Shown: positions 33,547-44,253, numbered from the stretch's first letter. The stretch: 64,000 bases of DNA from a virus (IMGVR_UViG_3300029288_000002:64001-128000); one strand, 5' to 3'. Notes: generated from the sequence alone by a model not told the origin. A program made the numbers and translations.

Positions 33547-34114
33547 TTTTAATGAAAACTATAAGAAAGGATGCGAAGTTGAAAATTTCATAAAGAAAAT
33601 ATATAAGGGAAAGAACGCTTCGTTTATTGCTGGCAACAATGGCGAGAATGTTGTAAACATTAATCTTATTGAACGAATATATCATTGCAAGTATGTGCCA
33701 CCAGGATATGACGAGTTTGAGCAACACAATTTTGGGCCGCGCTTAGACTTTAACGGCTTAAAAATTACTATGCCTGACTTGTTATTCAACAGCAGAACCG
33801 ATAATGTGTTTTGGGTAGAATGTAAATCTTCCCGAAATACTAATTTTCACACAATAGATGTTGCCGAAAAAGACATTCTTGATTATAGAGAAATCGAGAA
33901 TAGAGGATGTTGTAAGGTGTGGATGGCGTTGTGCTTTATTGATACTAATATGAATAAGGCAACAATCAAGGTTGCAAAAATTAGCGAAATTATAGGATTT
34001 GTTAAATTTAAATCTCAAGAATCTTTTTTTAATCGCTATTATAACGAAAACGTATATAGAATTGATCCTGATTGGAGTATATTTCAATACTTATATGTTG
34101 GCGAATATCCTTGA
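33536..34114 (+). CDS. PD-(D/E)xK nuclease-like protein, family B
   Basis: GCEVE..., MPDLL...FWVECKS. Confidence 0.7.
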   Translation: MPNNFNENYKKGCEVENFIKKIYKGKNASFIAGNNGENVVNINLIERIYHCKYVPPGYDEFEQHNFGPRLDFNGLKITMPDLLFNSRTDNVFWVECKSSRNTNFHTIDVAEKDILDYREIENRGCCKVWMALCFIDTNMNKATIKVAKISEIIGFVKFKSQESFFNRYYNENVYRIDPDWSIFQYLYVGEYP

Positions 34115-34220
34115 CACATATACTGTTTGTAGTATAATTGAATTATAACTTAAACAAGGTTGTATAAACTGGCGACAGTAAATACAATCCTTATGAGGGC
34201 ATGAAAAAATAGTTAGTAAT

Positions 34221-34293
34221 GCTGTAGTAGCTCAACAGTAGAGCAAATGCTTTTGTATACATTTAGTTCAAAGTTCAAATCTCTGCTACAGCT
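34221..34293 (+). tRNA. tRNA-like gene / pseudo-tRNA, anticodon ambiguous
   Basis: GCTGTAG/CTACAGC acceptor, GCTC/GAGC D stem, GTTCAAAT T loop; anticodon loop expanded to 10 nt (CTTTTGTATA). Confidence 0.6.
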
Positions 34294-34338
34294 TTCCCGA
34301 AAGGGTATAACACATTATTAAGATAAGGAGAATTTGAA

Positions 34339-34515
34339 ATGCCGGAATATCCGTACAAATGTTTAGATTGTAAATATGATTTTATTATTGTACGCAAAAT
34401 GACAGATGTTGCAAAAACACAATGCCCGCAATGCAAATCTGAAAAGTTGAAGCGTGTCTTTACTACTAATTTTATTCTCAATGGACTTGGCTGGGCAAAA
34501 GAGAAACATGCCTGA
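34339..34515 (+). CDS. FmdB-family zinc ribbon protein
   Basis: MPEYPYKCLDC...CPQCKS..LKR...F...G.GW; RBS AAGGAG. Confidence 0.85.
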   Translation: MPEYPYKCLDCKYDFIIVRKMTDVAKTQCPQCKSEKLKRVFTTNFILNGLGWAKEKHA

Positions 34516-35008
34516 TGGGAAGACTCACAATTTTATTTGGAAAATCTGCTACATTGCTGTAATTCCAACAACTATTGCAATATATAATTATGAGGATTTA
34601 CCCACTGCCGCGGGATTCTTTGTTGGTTATAGTATGGGAGCTATTATAAGTCCCGATTGGGATTTAGTAGCTATAACCAAAGATGAAAGTAACGCAATAC
34701 GAGTTCCTGTAATAGGAACTTTGTTATATGGACTTTCATCAATGTATGGTGCAGTATTTCGCAATCATCACAGGAGTATTTGGACTCATGGTTACATAAT
34801 TTCTACTGCAATAAGAATGCTATATCTTTTTTGGTGGTTGAGTTTACTGTATTACTTTGGGATTATCCCATATCAAGACTGGCAGTTATGGTTCGGTGTT
34901 GGATTATTTTCAGGAATGTGTGTGGCTGATAGTTTGCATTACACTGTTGATTTGTTAGTATCAGATGTTAAACGGAAAACACGAAAAACCAAAAGGAGCA
35001 AAAAGTGA
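34508..35008 (+). CDS. DUF2227-family putative metal-binding membrane protein
   Basis: MPDGKTH, SPDWDL, HHRSIWTHG, LHY..D motifs. Confidence 0.8.
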   Translation: MPDGKTHNFIWKICYIAVIPTTIAIYNYEDLPTAAGFFVGYSMGAIISPDWDLVAITKDESNAIRVPVIGTLLYGLSSMYGAVFRNHHRSIWTHGYIISTAIRMLYLFWWLSLLYYFGIIPYQDWQLWFGVGLFSGMCVADSLHYTVDLLVSDVKRKTRKTKRSKK

Positions 35009-35461
35009 AAATCCCTTCTGAAATGGAAACTTTGTCAAACGAAGTTAGTGTAGACTTATTGCGTTTAAAAAACGGAAATAATATTGGTCTATCCGCGTCT
35101 GCTGCTAATTTTCTGTATAATATAGTTTCTTCGCATCGTATTGCATCAAGGCACGACGCTACAGAATACGACTTAAAGTTATATAATGATTATTTGTGTG
35201 CTGCAAAAACTTGGTTGAATTATGTAAAGGACTAACAAACAATGAAAGTAAAAGTGCTTGCAAATGAAGTGTGTGTAATTGTAACTGCTATTTTGAACTT
35301 TCTGATTTTTCTAATATCGTGGAATATGATAATGATGGGAATTGCAATACCCGATATGAAAAATCTTATTTGCGGCGGTGCAGGTATTGTAATAGGACTG
35401 CTGATTTTTGTGTGGGCTGTTTATCCAGAATACAAAAAGATTTTATTTTCGGAGAGTGAAC

Positions 35462-35650
35462 ATGAATAATAAGAATATTGTAAATCGGTGTGAAAATTGC
35501 AGGTTTTTACGAGGCATCAATAGTGTTCCAGTATGTGTACACGGTGTAGTGAACGAATGTGAAACATTATTGGAAATGATGAAAGACCCTGAATATATGA
35601 AGTTTTTTACAGTAAGCCTGGATTGGTATTGCTATGATTGGAAGGAGTAA
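35462..35650 (+). CDS. Small Cys-rich protein, CxxC..C..CxxW family
   Basis: CENC...VC...YCYDW. Confidence 0.65.
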   Translation: MNNKNIVNRCENCRFLRGINSVPVCVHGVVNECETLLEMMKDPEYMKFFTVSLDWYCYDWKE

Positions 35651-36036
35651 ATAATGATTATTGATTCGTTATTGACAGCATGTCATGTCATATTGTTTTT
35701 AGGTGGTATTCTTATACTATCAGTAAAACAAGATGTAATTAGTTTGTTACTTGGGACAGCTTGTGTTCTAATTTCTATTTTGGTGCATTTGTATCTAATT
35801 AGAAAAGCAAGTCGAGGTAACAAATGTTAAGTGTTATATTATATACAAGAGTGACCAATACTAACAACACTTTTACTTTTGTGTATCAAAAGCAACTGAA
35901 ACCCACAGAATTTGCTAAATTATATCCTTATGAAAAGCTAAGCTGGAATGAGTTGGTTGCGGTTGATAATGATTTGTGGGCAATGTTAACTGAGTTAGAT
36001 CGGGAATTATAAACATCCAAAAAAGAAGGGAAACAA

Positions 36037-36471
36037 ATGCGAATAATAATTGCTGGCTCTCGAACATTTAGTGATTACAAGTTATTAGAAACAGAATGTA
36101 TGAAACGAATACCCGATTTTGATAAGATACAATCTAAAAACAGTGTAGAAAGCAATGTTACAATAATTTCAGGTCATGCTAAAGGGGCAGACGCTCTGGG
36201 TGAAAAGTTTGCGCTATCTCATAGACTTGGTTTATCCCTGTTTCGTGCTGATTGGAATAAAGACAAGCGTGGTGCAGGATATAAACGGAATGAGCGTATG
36301 GCTAAGTATGCTAAAGACAGTGAAAACGGTTCTATGCTAATTGCGTTTTGGGATGGTAAAAGTAAAGGGACAAAGCACATAATTGATATTGCAAAGAGAA
36401 TCGGTATTCAAAAAATAGAAATAATTGAATATAACGAAGAAGTAAAGGAAACAAAGGAAAATGGCAATTAA
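36037..36471 (+). CDS. SLOG superfamily (YspA/DUF2493-like) protein
   Basis: IIIAGSRTF, IISGHAKGAD, AGYKRNERM, AFWDGKSKGT. Confidence 0.9.
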   Translation: MRIIIAGSRTFSDYKLLETECMKRIPDFDKIQSKNSVESNVTIISGHAKGADALGEKFALSHRLGLSLFRADWNKDKRGAGYKRNERMAKYAKDSENGSMLIAFWDGKSKGTKHIIDIAKRIGIQKIEIIEYNEEVKETKENGN

Positions 36472-37114
36472 AGAAACTATCCTGTGTTCTTGTGGTAATC
36501 CTAATTGCCACAGCAGAGTAGAATTAGATTATGATAGTGAAACCAAAACAATTGAAATGAAGGGTTATGACAGCGATCAATTGTGGTTTACACATTTTTT
36601 AGAGTTGAATTACACTACAGGGAATCAGCTAATTAAATATATTAGACAATTTTACAAATCGGATAAAACAAAAGCATAATGGAAACCAGATATTACTTTC
36701 AAGATTTTGCAGATTTTCTTTTTCATTGGGAGACCATTTGGAAAGAAATGAAACTTCAAGATAAACCAAAAATAACGTTAACATTTTATACAAATCATGA
36801 TACTCAAAAGGAGATTGTAAAATATATAGAGAGTTTGAATATTCCGAGAGTTCTACCATCATACCCCAGAGGGGGATGTAATTGTTATACTGAAATTGAA
36901 TTTACATTATAGGAGAATCAAAATGACACAGACTCAAGCAGAAAACGAAGCAAGTAAGCGTAGTAAAAAGAATCACAATGTTGTATATGTAGTATTGCCT
37001 AAGAATATGACTGATTATGCTGTATATGCAGAGCAAGATGTTGTAGATACAGAACTGATCATTTGTAAATTTAAAAATGGTAGAATTATTGACTAATATT
37101 TAGGAGAGTGCAAC

Positions 37115-37789
37115 ATGAATAAAGCACTCTTAGACAAGCTGATAATACCCGTTGTACAGACGGGTATTTTGTCTATTGTTGCAAGTATTAGTGGCTGGTC
37201 TATTGCCAGCTTATTTGAGTTATATAATCCTTTATTGTGGGCTGTGATGTTAGGATTTACATTTGCTTCTATTTGGCTAATGAAAGCGTTTAGTGGCACT
37301 GAGTACTGGAAACCTAAAAACAAAGGCGTTAGAGCGAAAAGACAAGAGTCTCTAAACAAAGAAGTACATAGAATTACAGCTATAGCACAAGATAGACAGT
37401 CAGGGACATTTCATACTTGGGACATTCCTTTAGCCATTATAACTCGTGTTGCCTTTCATTTAGTCTATATGGACGGCAAGTTAAGTTATGATTATTTTGT
37501 AGATAAAAATAAAATAATCAGTAGAACTGAGATGAAAAAAATACAAAAAGAAATGTTACAGGAAGGATTTTTAGAAAACGGAAGAACTAAAAACTCTCCG
37601 AGAATTATAACTGATAAGGGACAATCTGTTATAAATCAATATTCTAAGTTATATGTGCCAACTAAAGAAGAAAGGCTATATATAAGAAACAAAGCAAAGC
37701 AAAAAGAAAACGAAAGAATGGTTATAAAAGCTAATTTGCAACAATCTTGCAATGAGGAATCTATTGACAGAATACAAATAAGAGCGTAG
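37115..37789 (+). CDS. Membrane-anchored protein with winged-helix-like C-terminal domain
   Basis: Two N-terminal TM helices; EMLQEGFL...RIITDKG wing motif. Confidence 0.65.
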   Translation: MNKALLDKLIIPVVQTGILSIVASISGWSIASLFELYNPLLWAVMLGFTFASIWLMKAFSGTEYWKPKNKGVRAKRQESLNKEVHRITAIAQDRQSGTFHTWDIPLAIITRVAFHLVYMDGKLSYDYFVDKNKIISRTEMKKIQKEMLQEGFLENGRTKNSPRIITDKGQSVINQYSKLYVPTKEERLYIRNKAKQKENERMVIKANLQQSCNEESIDRIQIRA

Positions 37790-37801
37790 AAGGAGTATAA
37801 T

Positions 37802-38146
37802 ATGAGTGATAGTAGACATTTAGCGACAGTGCAAAAGATTGTAAATATTAGTCCTATTCCTGGGGGAGATAGGATTCAGCTAACCAAAGTTTTAGGATGG
37901 CAATGTGTAACGAATAAGAAAGATAATTTTAAAGTGGGAGACCTCGTAGTATACTTTGAAATTGATTCGCAGTTGCCTGCTAAACCAGAATTTGAGTTTT
38001 TAAAAGATGTAAAATATCGTATCAAAACACGAAAGTTTTTGAAAACCGTTAGCATGGGGCTAATTATGCCATTGAGCATTCTTAAAAATTATGGCGAGTT
38101 GAAATATGATAATGACGGTAATATAATAGGAATAAGAGTTGAATGA
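37802..38146 (+). CDS. RNA ligase (DRB0094/Rnl2-like), N-terminal fragment
   Basis: LATVQKI..I.PI...DRI....VLGWQ...FKVGDLVVYFEIDS.LP..PEFEFL...RIKT....SMGL. Confidence 0.85.
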   Translation: MSDSRHLATVQKIVNISPIPGGDRIQLTKVLGWQCVTNKKDNFKVGDLVVYFEIDSQLPAKPEFEFLKDVKYRIKTRKFLKTVSMGLIMPLSILKNYGELKYDNDGNIIGIRVE

Positions 38147-39164
38147 GAAAAATACTAAGAAAAGTTGAATTGGATCAATACATTTTTATAATGGAGAAAT
38201 ATAATGCAGGAAACACTCTTGATAAAATAGCAAAAGAATACAAGGTTTCTGATGTGACAATTAGCAGAATATTAAAAACTATGGGTGTAAAAGTAAAAAA
38301 TCGTAAAGAACACGATTATAAAAACGACCCCGTTTTTACTGAAATTTGTGAAAACTATTTACAAGGAGTAAGTATAAAAATATTAGCTGAGAAATATAAT
38401 TTGAAAAAACATATTATAGTAACATGTCTAAAGTATAGACAAATTAAATCACGAAAAAGAGAGGATGCAAGAAAATATAAAATAAAGGAAAACTATTTTG
38501 ATAAAATTGACTCTCCTATTAAATCTTACTTTCTGGGTTTTTTGTTTGCAGACGGTTGTAATGCAAACAGCCAAATTTCAATAAATTTAAAATCGGAAGA
38601 TTCCTATATATTAGAGTATTTAAGCAAAGAAGTTTTTATATCAAATAGACCGGTTGCTTTTTTCGATAAATACTCAAAAGAAACAAACAAAAAATATCCT
38701 CGGTGTAGATTAAACATATGTAATAAGAAAATATCCGAAGACTTGTTAAAAAAGGGTATGTGTGAAAGAAAATCTCTAATATTAAAATATCCTATAGATT
38801 TACCGGATTGCTATTTTTGGGATTTTTTACGTGGATATTTTGATGGCGATGGATGCGTTAGAGTTATAAAACCAAAATACGGAATAACCAAAGTAACATT
38901 TTCGATAGTGGGGACATATGATTTTTTATATAGTGTTTCTGAGAAAATAAAACAACTTATATATGCTTGAAGTATCCAATTGCGATTTATAAAAGTAAAA
39001 CCTCAAAAATATTAGAACTGCGAATTATAGCAAAAGAAGATGTTTTAAAAATATACAAATGTATGTATGAAAACGCAGAATTGTTTTTAAAAAGAAAATT
39101 TGAAAAATTTGACATTGTTTATAAAGGAAAGGAACTGCAAAATGAAAACCTACTTAGAACTTAA
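38143..39164 (+). pseudogene. LAGLIDADG homing endonuclease with N-terminal HTH repeats, frameshifted near 38960
   Basis: YFLGFLFADG and FLRGYFDGDG motifs; C-terminal ..LKRKFEKF continues in another frame after TATATAT (38958-38964). Confidence 0.85.
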
Positions 39165-39990
39165 AGAAGGCGTTTTTTTGGACGACATTATTGGCGTAAC
39201 CAAATATGATCCCGAAGGCGAAGCAGAAGCTAAAATGTATGCGCAAAAGGAGAAGATTGCTAAAAATAGATTGGAGAAATACTTATTTAGCCAAAAGTGG
39301 TACAGAGTATTATTGTGTAAGATTACAGGCGAAAAACAAAGAGGCTTTCCAAAATTTATTTCTCGCTCGGACGAAATTAGAATCCAAAACTTAGGGGACT
39401 CGTTTTGTCAAAAAGAAAAAGACACCGCTTTTACAGCTTGCTCAAAAATAGATGGGCAGAGTTTAACAGCAGCACTAATGAAAAACCCCAACCGCCTTGC
39501 ACGTTTATTTGGTAATCCTTATATCTTTATCCTTTGCTCTCGTAACCTGAAATTAGGAAAATATGATCCTAACAACAATTATTGGAAAATGGCAAAGAAG
39601 TATGACTTAGAAAACAAACTAAAACTTCTTATTGGTAATAATGATTGGGTAGCAGTACAAGGTGAGTCCGTAGGAGTTGGTATTCAAGAAAACAAATATA
39701 AACTAACTGATAACCGACTATATATTTTCAACCTTATTTATCCCTCTGGCAGAGTAGATGACAAAACGTTTCGACCAAAATTGGAAGAAATGGGTTTACC
39801 TTGTGTCCCGCTATACAGTTATGATTTTCATTTGGGCAATACTGTGGCTGAAAGCGTAGAAAAGGTAACGGGATTAACCGGTGGTTTTGTAGAAGGGATT
39901 ATGGACGAAGGGGTTGTTGTGCGTGACTACAGTCGTGATATTAGCTTCAAAATTATCAATCCGTTATTCCTATTGAAGCACAATCTCTAA
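39142..39990 (+). CDS. RNA ligase (DRB0094/Rnl2-like), C-terminal catalytic fragment
   Basis: GVTKYDP, FPKFI..SDE.RIQN, KIDG (motif I), CSRN, VQGE..G.GIQ.N.Y, EGVV, SFKIIN..FLL; own RBS AAGGA. Confidence 0.9.
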   Translation: MKTYLELKEGVFLDDIIGVTKYDPEGEAEAKMYAQKEKIAKNRLEKYLFSQKWYRVLLCKITGEKQRGFPKFISRSDEIRIQNLGDSFCQKEKDTAFTACSKIDGQSLTAALMKNPNRLARLFGNPYIFILCSRNLKLGKYDPNNNYWKMAKKYDLENKLKLLIGNNDWVAVQGESVGVGIQENKYKLTDNRLYIFNLIYPSGRVDDKTFRPKLEEMGLPCVPLYSYDFHLGNTVAESVEKVTGLTGGFVEGIMDEGVVVRDYSRDISFKIINPLFLLKHNL

Positions 39991-40060
39991 ACTGCTACTT
40001 GACAAATAACCACAAGAGTCGTATACTAATACTATACGACTCTAACGGAGAATAATCACA

Positions 40061-40555
40061 ATGACCACAGAAGAAATCTTAGCAAGGGCTTATACTCGGC
40101 ATTATAATCTTGAAAAACATGGTCGCGGCTATAACGTAAACAGAAGCGAATACGAAGAGTATTATATTCTTGAACAATCTATTCGGGCTGAAATATTTGC
40201 TGCTGAATACTTTCGTGTAGAATATCGCTTTTTGGATGAGCGTTGCGGCGATGATGGATATGACCTCGTTTTATATAGTGGTGCAAAGGTTGATATAAAA
40301 TGGCTTGGTTGTTATCCAAACAGTATGACTCCTCGTAGAGAAGGTTACATCCACTACCCCGCTACTAAACCCATGAGTGCTAATTTTTATGTAGCTGTGT
40401 CAGGAACAAATGACACGGGTTTTAAAATGATAGGCTGGTGTAATAGAAAAGAGTTTAGGCAAGAATACTATACTGGTAATAAGCGCAAAGATGGTAGTAA
40501 TTTGTCGTATTCAATTCACACCAGTAAACTGCACAAATTTGAAGAAGAGTTGTGA
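40061..40555 (+). CDS. PD-(D/E)xK nuclease-like protein, family A
   Basis: GDDGYDL..KVDIKW; paralogue of 16198; own promoter at 39999. Confidence 0.7.
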   Translation: MTTEEILARAYTRHYNLEKHGRGYNVNRSEYEEYYILEQSIRAEIFAAEYFRVEYRFLDERCGDDGYDLVLYSGAKVDIKWLGCYPNSMTPRREGYIHYPATKPMSANFYVAVSGTNDTGFKMIGWCNRKEFRQEYYTGNKRKDGSNLSYSIHTSKLHKFEEEL

Positions 40556-40877
40556 AAATTTGGCAACAAACGGTAATAATATGGAAAGTACAATTTTCGT
40601 ACCAGAAAAGATTAGAGAAGAATTTCGAGTGTAAAAGAAAGGATTGAAAATGCAAAAAGGTGATGTGTTTGTTTGTTATATAAACGATTGGGATAGCGTT
40701 CAATCAAAAAAGGAAGGTGACTTTGTTGAAGCAGGATATTATGTAGCAATTTGTAATAGTGCAGAAAACGACTGCATTGATTACTCGCTAATTAGCTCTG
40801 CAATTGTTAATAAAAAAGATGTCAGTAGTGAACGCTGGCACATATTACAAAACGGTTTGCTCAATTAGGAGATTAAA

Positions 40878-41096
40878 ATGAATAAGCCTCACTATCACTT
40901 TTGGTTTAGCCAAGTACATTCTGACGAGATGAAAGAAAATGGTTGTCCAAAGAACTTCTGTTCTATTGTGGGATGGTGCGGAGAAACGGAATATACTGAT
41001 GCAGTAAGAGTAGAGCAAAAAGAAGAAATTGGTCTTAAATATCCAGACGCTTTATATTTGGGTATTGGAACATTTTCAAAATTAGTAAGGCAATAA
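40878..41096 (+). CDS. Hypothetical protein, YT..D..YLGIG family (cf. 24143, 32517)
   Basis: HFWFS...YTD...DALYLGIG. Confidence 0.7.
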   Translation: MNKPHYHFWFSQVHSDEMKENGCPKNFCSIVGWCGETEYTDAVRVEQKEEIGLKYPDALYLGIGTFSKLVRQ

Positions 41097-41224
41097 TAGA
41101 ATGAATATAAATATACCATTGATTATTGGGGTCATTATTGAAATACTACTCGGAAGTTTATTCTTCGGAATAATATTTTACATTGGTGGTAGATTTATCA
41201 AAGAATTATTTGAAAAGGAGTAAT

Positions 41225-41686
41225 ATGAGATATTTATTGGGAATGATTACTGCGATATTGATATTTGTGGTATTGATTTGGGGAGCTTCATTAATTTACG
41301 ACACTGTAACGAATCCTGTAAATACTTTGACAATTTCGGCGTCTAACAACAGGGCATTGGTTCAGTTAGATTTTCAGAACGCAGTACTCCGCCTGTTTTG
41401 TCCCTGCAATCAATATTTGTATACTGGCGACGATGGTTATACATGGATGAAATTGCCAGATAGTATATCAAAAGTTAGATTTTGGGTAATACAACCCAAT
41501 AATAATATTTTTACTTTAGCCTTCTACCAATGGCATAATCAAACAACGCTGCGGGATGACGGTTGTGTAAAATTAGATTATGGCAAAGCAGACAAACAAA
41601 GTGAAACAGGATTAGAGTCACCATCAGCGCGATGGTTTCCCTTAGAATTTTGTCATACTGATGAAAGCGTATATATTCTCAAATAA
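41225..41686 (+). CDS. Membrane-anchored hypothetical protein
   Basis: N-terminal TM helix; RBS AAGGAG. Confidence 0.7.
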   Translation: MRYLLGMITAILIFVVLIWGASLIYDTVTNPVNTLTISASNNRALVQLDFQNAVLRLFCPCNQYLYTGDDGYTWMKLPDSISKVRFWVIQPNNNIFTLAFYQWHNQTTLRDDGCVKLDYGKADKQSETGLESPSARWFPLEFCHTDESVYILK

Positions 41687-41755
41687 TATTACAATCATAC
41701 TTCTTTAGCTAATATAAAAAGTATGGTTGTAATACTTTTTATAAAAAGGAAACAA

Positions 41756-42337
41756 ATGCCAACTAAACCAAAGAAACCACAACCTCAGACCCCAAACGAA
41801 GTGCAAACAAAAGATTTCTTCGAGACTCCTCGTTGCGCTGTAGATATATTATTGCCTTTTATACCAAAAGGAACTAACGATATTTGGGAAATCGCGGCAG
41901 GCAATGGAAAAATAAGCAATTATTTAATTGAAAAAGGATATAGTGTTTTATGCACTGACATAAATGGAAATTACGAATATTGTAATTTTCTTGAAAGTAA
42001 TCGCAAATTAAGCGAATATTGGGCGATTATTTCAAACCCTCCTTTTAGTTTAAAGAAAAACTTTTACGAAAAATGTATGCAATATGTTGATAGATATGGC
42101 ATATCTTGGGCGTTGCTTATTCCTCTTGATTATTCCAAATGGCTCATAGATGCTATTCGCTATAATCATTGCGAAAAAATTATACCAGACTCGCGTATAA
42201 ATTATATAACCCCTTCTGGTAAAAGTGGTAAAGATTCGTCTGCTCAATTTCATTCTGGCTGGCTTACACACGGTTTGAACTTAGGTCAAAGCGAAACCTT
42301 TGTACATTTGTCAAAAGAAGATAAGGGGAATGTTTAA
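41756..42337 (+). CDS. DNA N6-adenine methyltransferase
   Basis: DFFETP, IWEIAAGNG SAM-binding motif, IISNPPF catalytic motif, ALLIP, RINY. Confidence 0.85.
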   Translation: MPTKPKKPQPQTPNEVQTKDFFETPRCAVDILLPFIPKGTNDIWEIAAGNGKISNYLIEKGYSVLCTDINGNYEYCNFLESNRKLSEYWAIISNPPFSLKKNFYEKCMQYVDRYGISWALLIPLDYSKWLIDAIRYNHCEKIIPDSRINYITPSGKSGKDSSAQFHSGWLTHGLNLGQSETFVHLSKEDKGNV

Positions 42338-42582
42338 AATGTTGATATTGATATATACTATAGAATTAATATTATTGTTTGCATCAATGATTAGTGTAAA
42401 CAATATTAGCGCAACAGACCCCGAATTGTTTTGGGTAAAAGCAGCTACTGTAGCAATAATGTTCGAAGATATATTTCTATATAATATATTATGTGAATTA
42501 CACAAGATTAACAAAGCCATAGATAGTAAAAAATAATAGCACAATATTGTAGAAATCCAACACTACTGCCATAATACCTTTA

Positions 42583-42682
42583 TACCCTCACAGGAAGGCT
42601 TAAGAGCGAGTTATACTCATTCAAGGTCACTTTATACCTTTAAATTACAAATACCTCATGTGACCACAGGAAGGGTTGAGAC
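42583..42682. repeat. Dispersed dyad element, copy
   Basis: CCCTCACAGGAAGGCTTAAGAGCGAGTT..AAGGTCACTTTATACCTT..CCACAGGAAGGGTTGAG. Confidence 0.65.
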
Positions 42683-42780
42683 ATAAATCGGGCATTTTAC
42701 AACAGCCGAAAACTCGGCTGTTTTTAGTTCTTGACAAACGATAAACAACGTGCTACAATGATTGAAAGGAGAAATAAAAA

Positions 42781-43227
42781 ATGGATAGAGCAAATTTTTC
42801 ACACGAAATTATTTTGATTGGAGCAGTTGAACAAACAAATCCAATTATAGAATCTTTGTATAATATGCCTCATTTGGCATACGGGTTTAAAGCAGACATT
42901 TTTGAAAATGTTGCTTACTGTTATATTGACATTGATATGAACGACGTTGCAATGTCTTCTTTTTTAGTAGAAACAAGTGTTGACTTTTACGATAGCAGTG
43001 GCTTTGAAGACGAACCGGAATTTACTACTGTGTCTTTTTATACCGAAACACAATTATACTCTTTTACTTGGTCATATCAATGGAGTGATTGGAGTAAAAT
43101 GCTTAGGGATGAAACCTCGATAATGAATCTTTTATCTTGTAACCTTTTTGGAAATAAAATTAAATCCTTAAGAGAACAAGTATCATGTTCCTTATATACA
43201 ATTGAGTTAGAAAATGAACAAGACTAA
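42781..43227 (+). CDS. Acidic hypothetical protein, partner of downstream nuclease
   Basis: Promoter TTGACA(42731)-N17-TACAAT; overlaps 43214. Confidence 0.75.
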   Translation: MDRANFSHEIILIGAVEQTNPIIESLYNMPHLAYGFKADIFENVAYCYIDIDMNDVAMSSFLVETSVDFYDSSGFEDEPEFTTVSFYTETQLYSFTWSYQWSDWSKMLRDETSIMNLLSCNLFGNKIKSLREQVSCSLYTIELENEQD

Positions 43228-43750
43228 AAATTATAAATATTTAGATTATGCTACACCAAAAGAGCAACACATTTTACAATATTTATATGGATATTCTACT
43301 AAGTTTATTGTTTGTAAAGATAAAAAGGGAAACACTGTCGAACAGACTAAGACATATGATGGAAATATTATTTGTAGTTATCCAGACATAGAAGTTTATA
43401 CCAATGAAACACAAACGGTTATGATTGCGTTAATTGAAGTAAAAGGCTTTCTTCAATTTCCTAGAAGGGATTTACCATTTGATACTGATTTGAACATTTT
43501 GGCAATAAAAGAAAATCAATTAAAGTCGTATATCAAAGTCCAAAAAGAGGAACAAACAAATATAAATATTATCTTTGTGGTTGGTTATTCACCAGACGAA
43601 TATGCTTTTTATTGGGAAAGTCTTGATAACATTTTAGCAATGGAATGTGTAAAGAAAACAGAATGGGCGTTTTTTCAAAAGAAGATAGTAAGATTTTACG
43701 ATGCTTCTTTGTTTAGAAGAGACATTGAATATTGTGTAATACCTTTTTAG
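43214..43750 (+). CDS. PD-(D/E)xK nuclease-like protein, family B
   Basis: YPDIEV...LIEVKG..Q..SY..VQ.EE...IIFV...YWESLDNI; close paralogue of 62454. Confidence 0.75.
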   Translation: MNKTKNYKYLDYATPKEQHILQYLYGYSTKFIVCKDKKGNTVEQTKTYDGNIICSYPDIEVYTNETQTVMIALIEVKGFLQFPRRDLPFDTDLNILAIKENQLKSYIKVQKEEQTNINIIFVVGYSPDEYAFYWESLDNILAMECVKKTEWAFFQKKIVRFYDASLFRRDIEYCVIPF

Positions 43751-44253
43751 GTAATAAAATCCACATTTGATGAACAAAAGGAAGTATATGAGAGTAATAA
43801 AACATACAATAAGCATAGAATATGAATGTGAGGAAACAAAATCCAAGCATAGTATAAAATTAATAAATAATAAATTTTCAATTTGGCAAAACCATGTGGA
43901 GGATTGGGGACACGAAACGTTTATTGAGTTTAAATGCCCGTTTTGCCAAAAATATCACCGACTGAAATGGCGTAACGAGTCCACATTTTAGAAATGAAAA
44001 AGGAGTGTTCATGTTAGAAATTGATATTGAAGATTATATTACAGAACAACTAAAAGATGTTGACTGTGAACTTGAAAGACACGATTTTATAGATTTTTAT
44101 TTTCAAGATAGAGATGGTATACAGTTACGGGTTGGTGAATATGAGTGTTATAAATATCTTTCGGAGTATGCAATTTCCAAAGGTGCTAAAATAGGGGATA
44201 TTGTTTATATTTACTGGAAGCCTATTCTAATATAAAAAAGGGCAATATAAAAA

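Noticed and set aside
38143-39164. Group I intron or intein in the RNA ligase
   Set aside because: The ORFs overlap at both junctions, leaving no ribozyme core; there are no C/S-start or HN-end intein motifs, and the frames differ.
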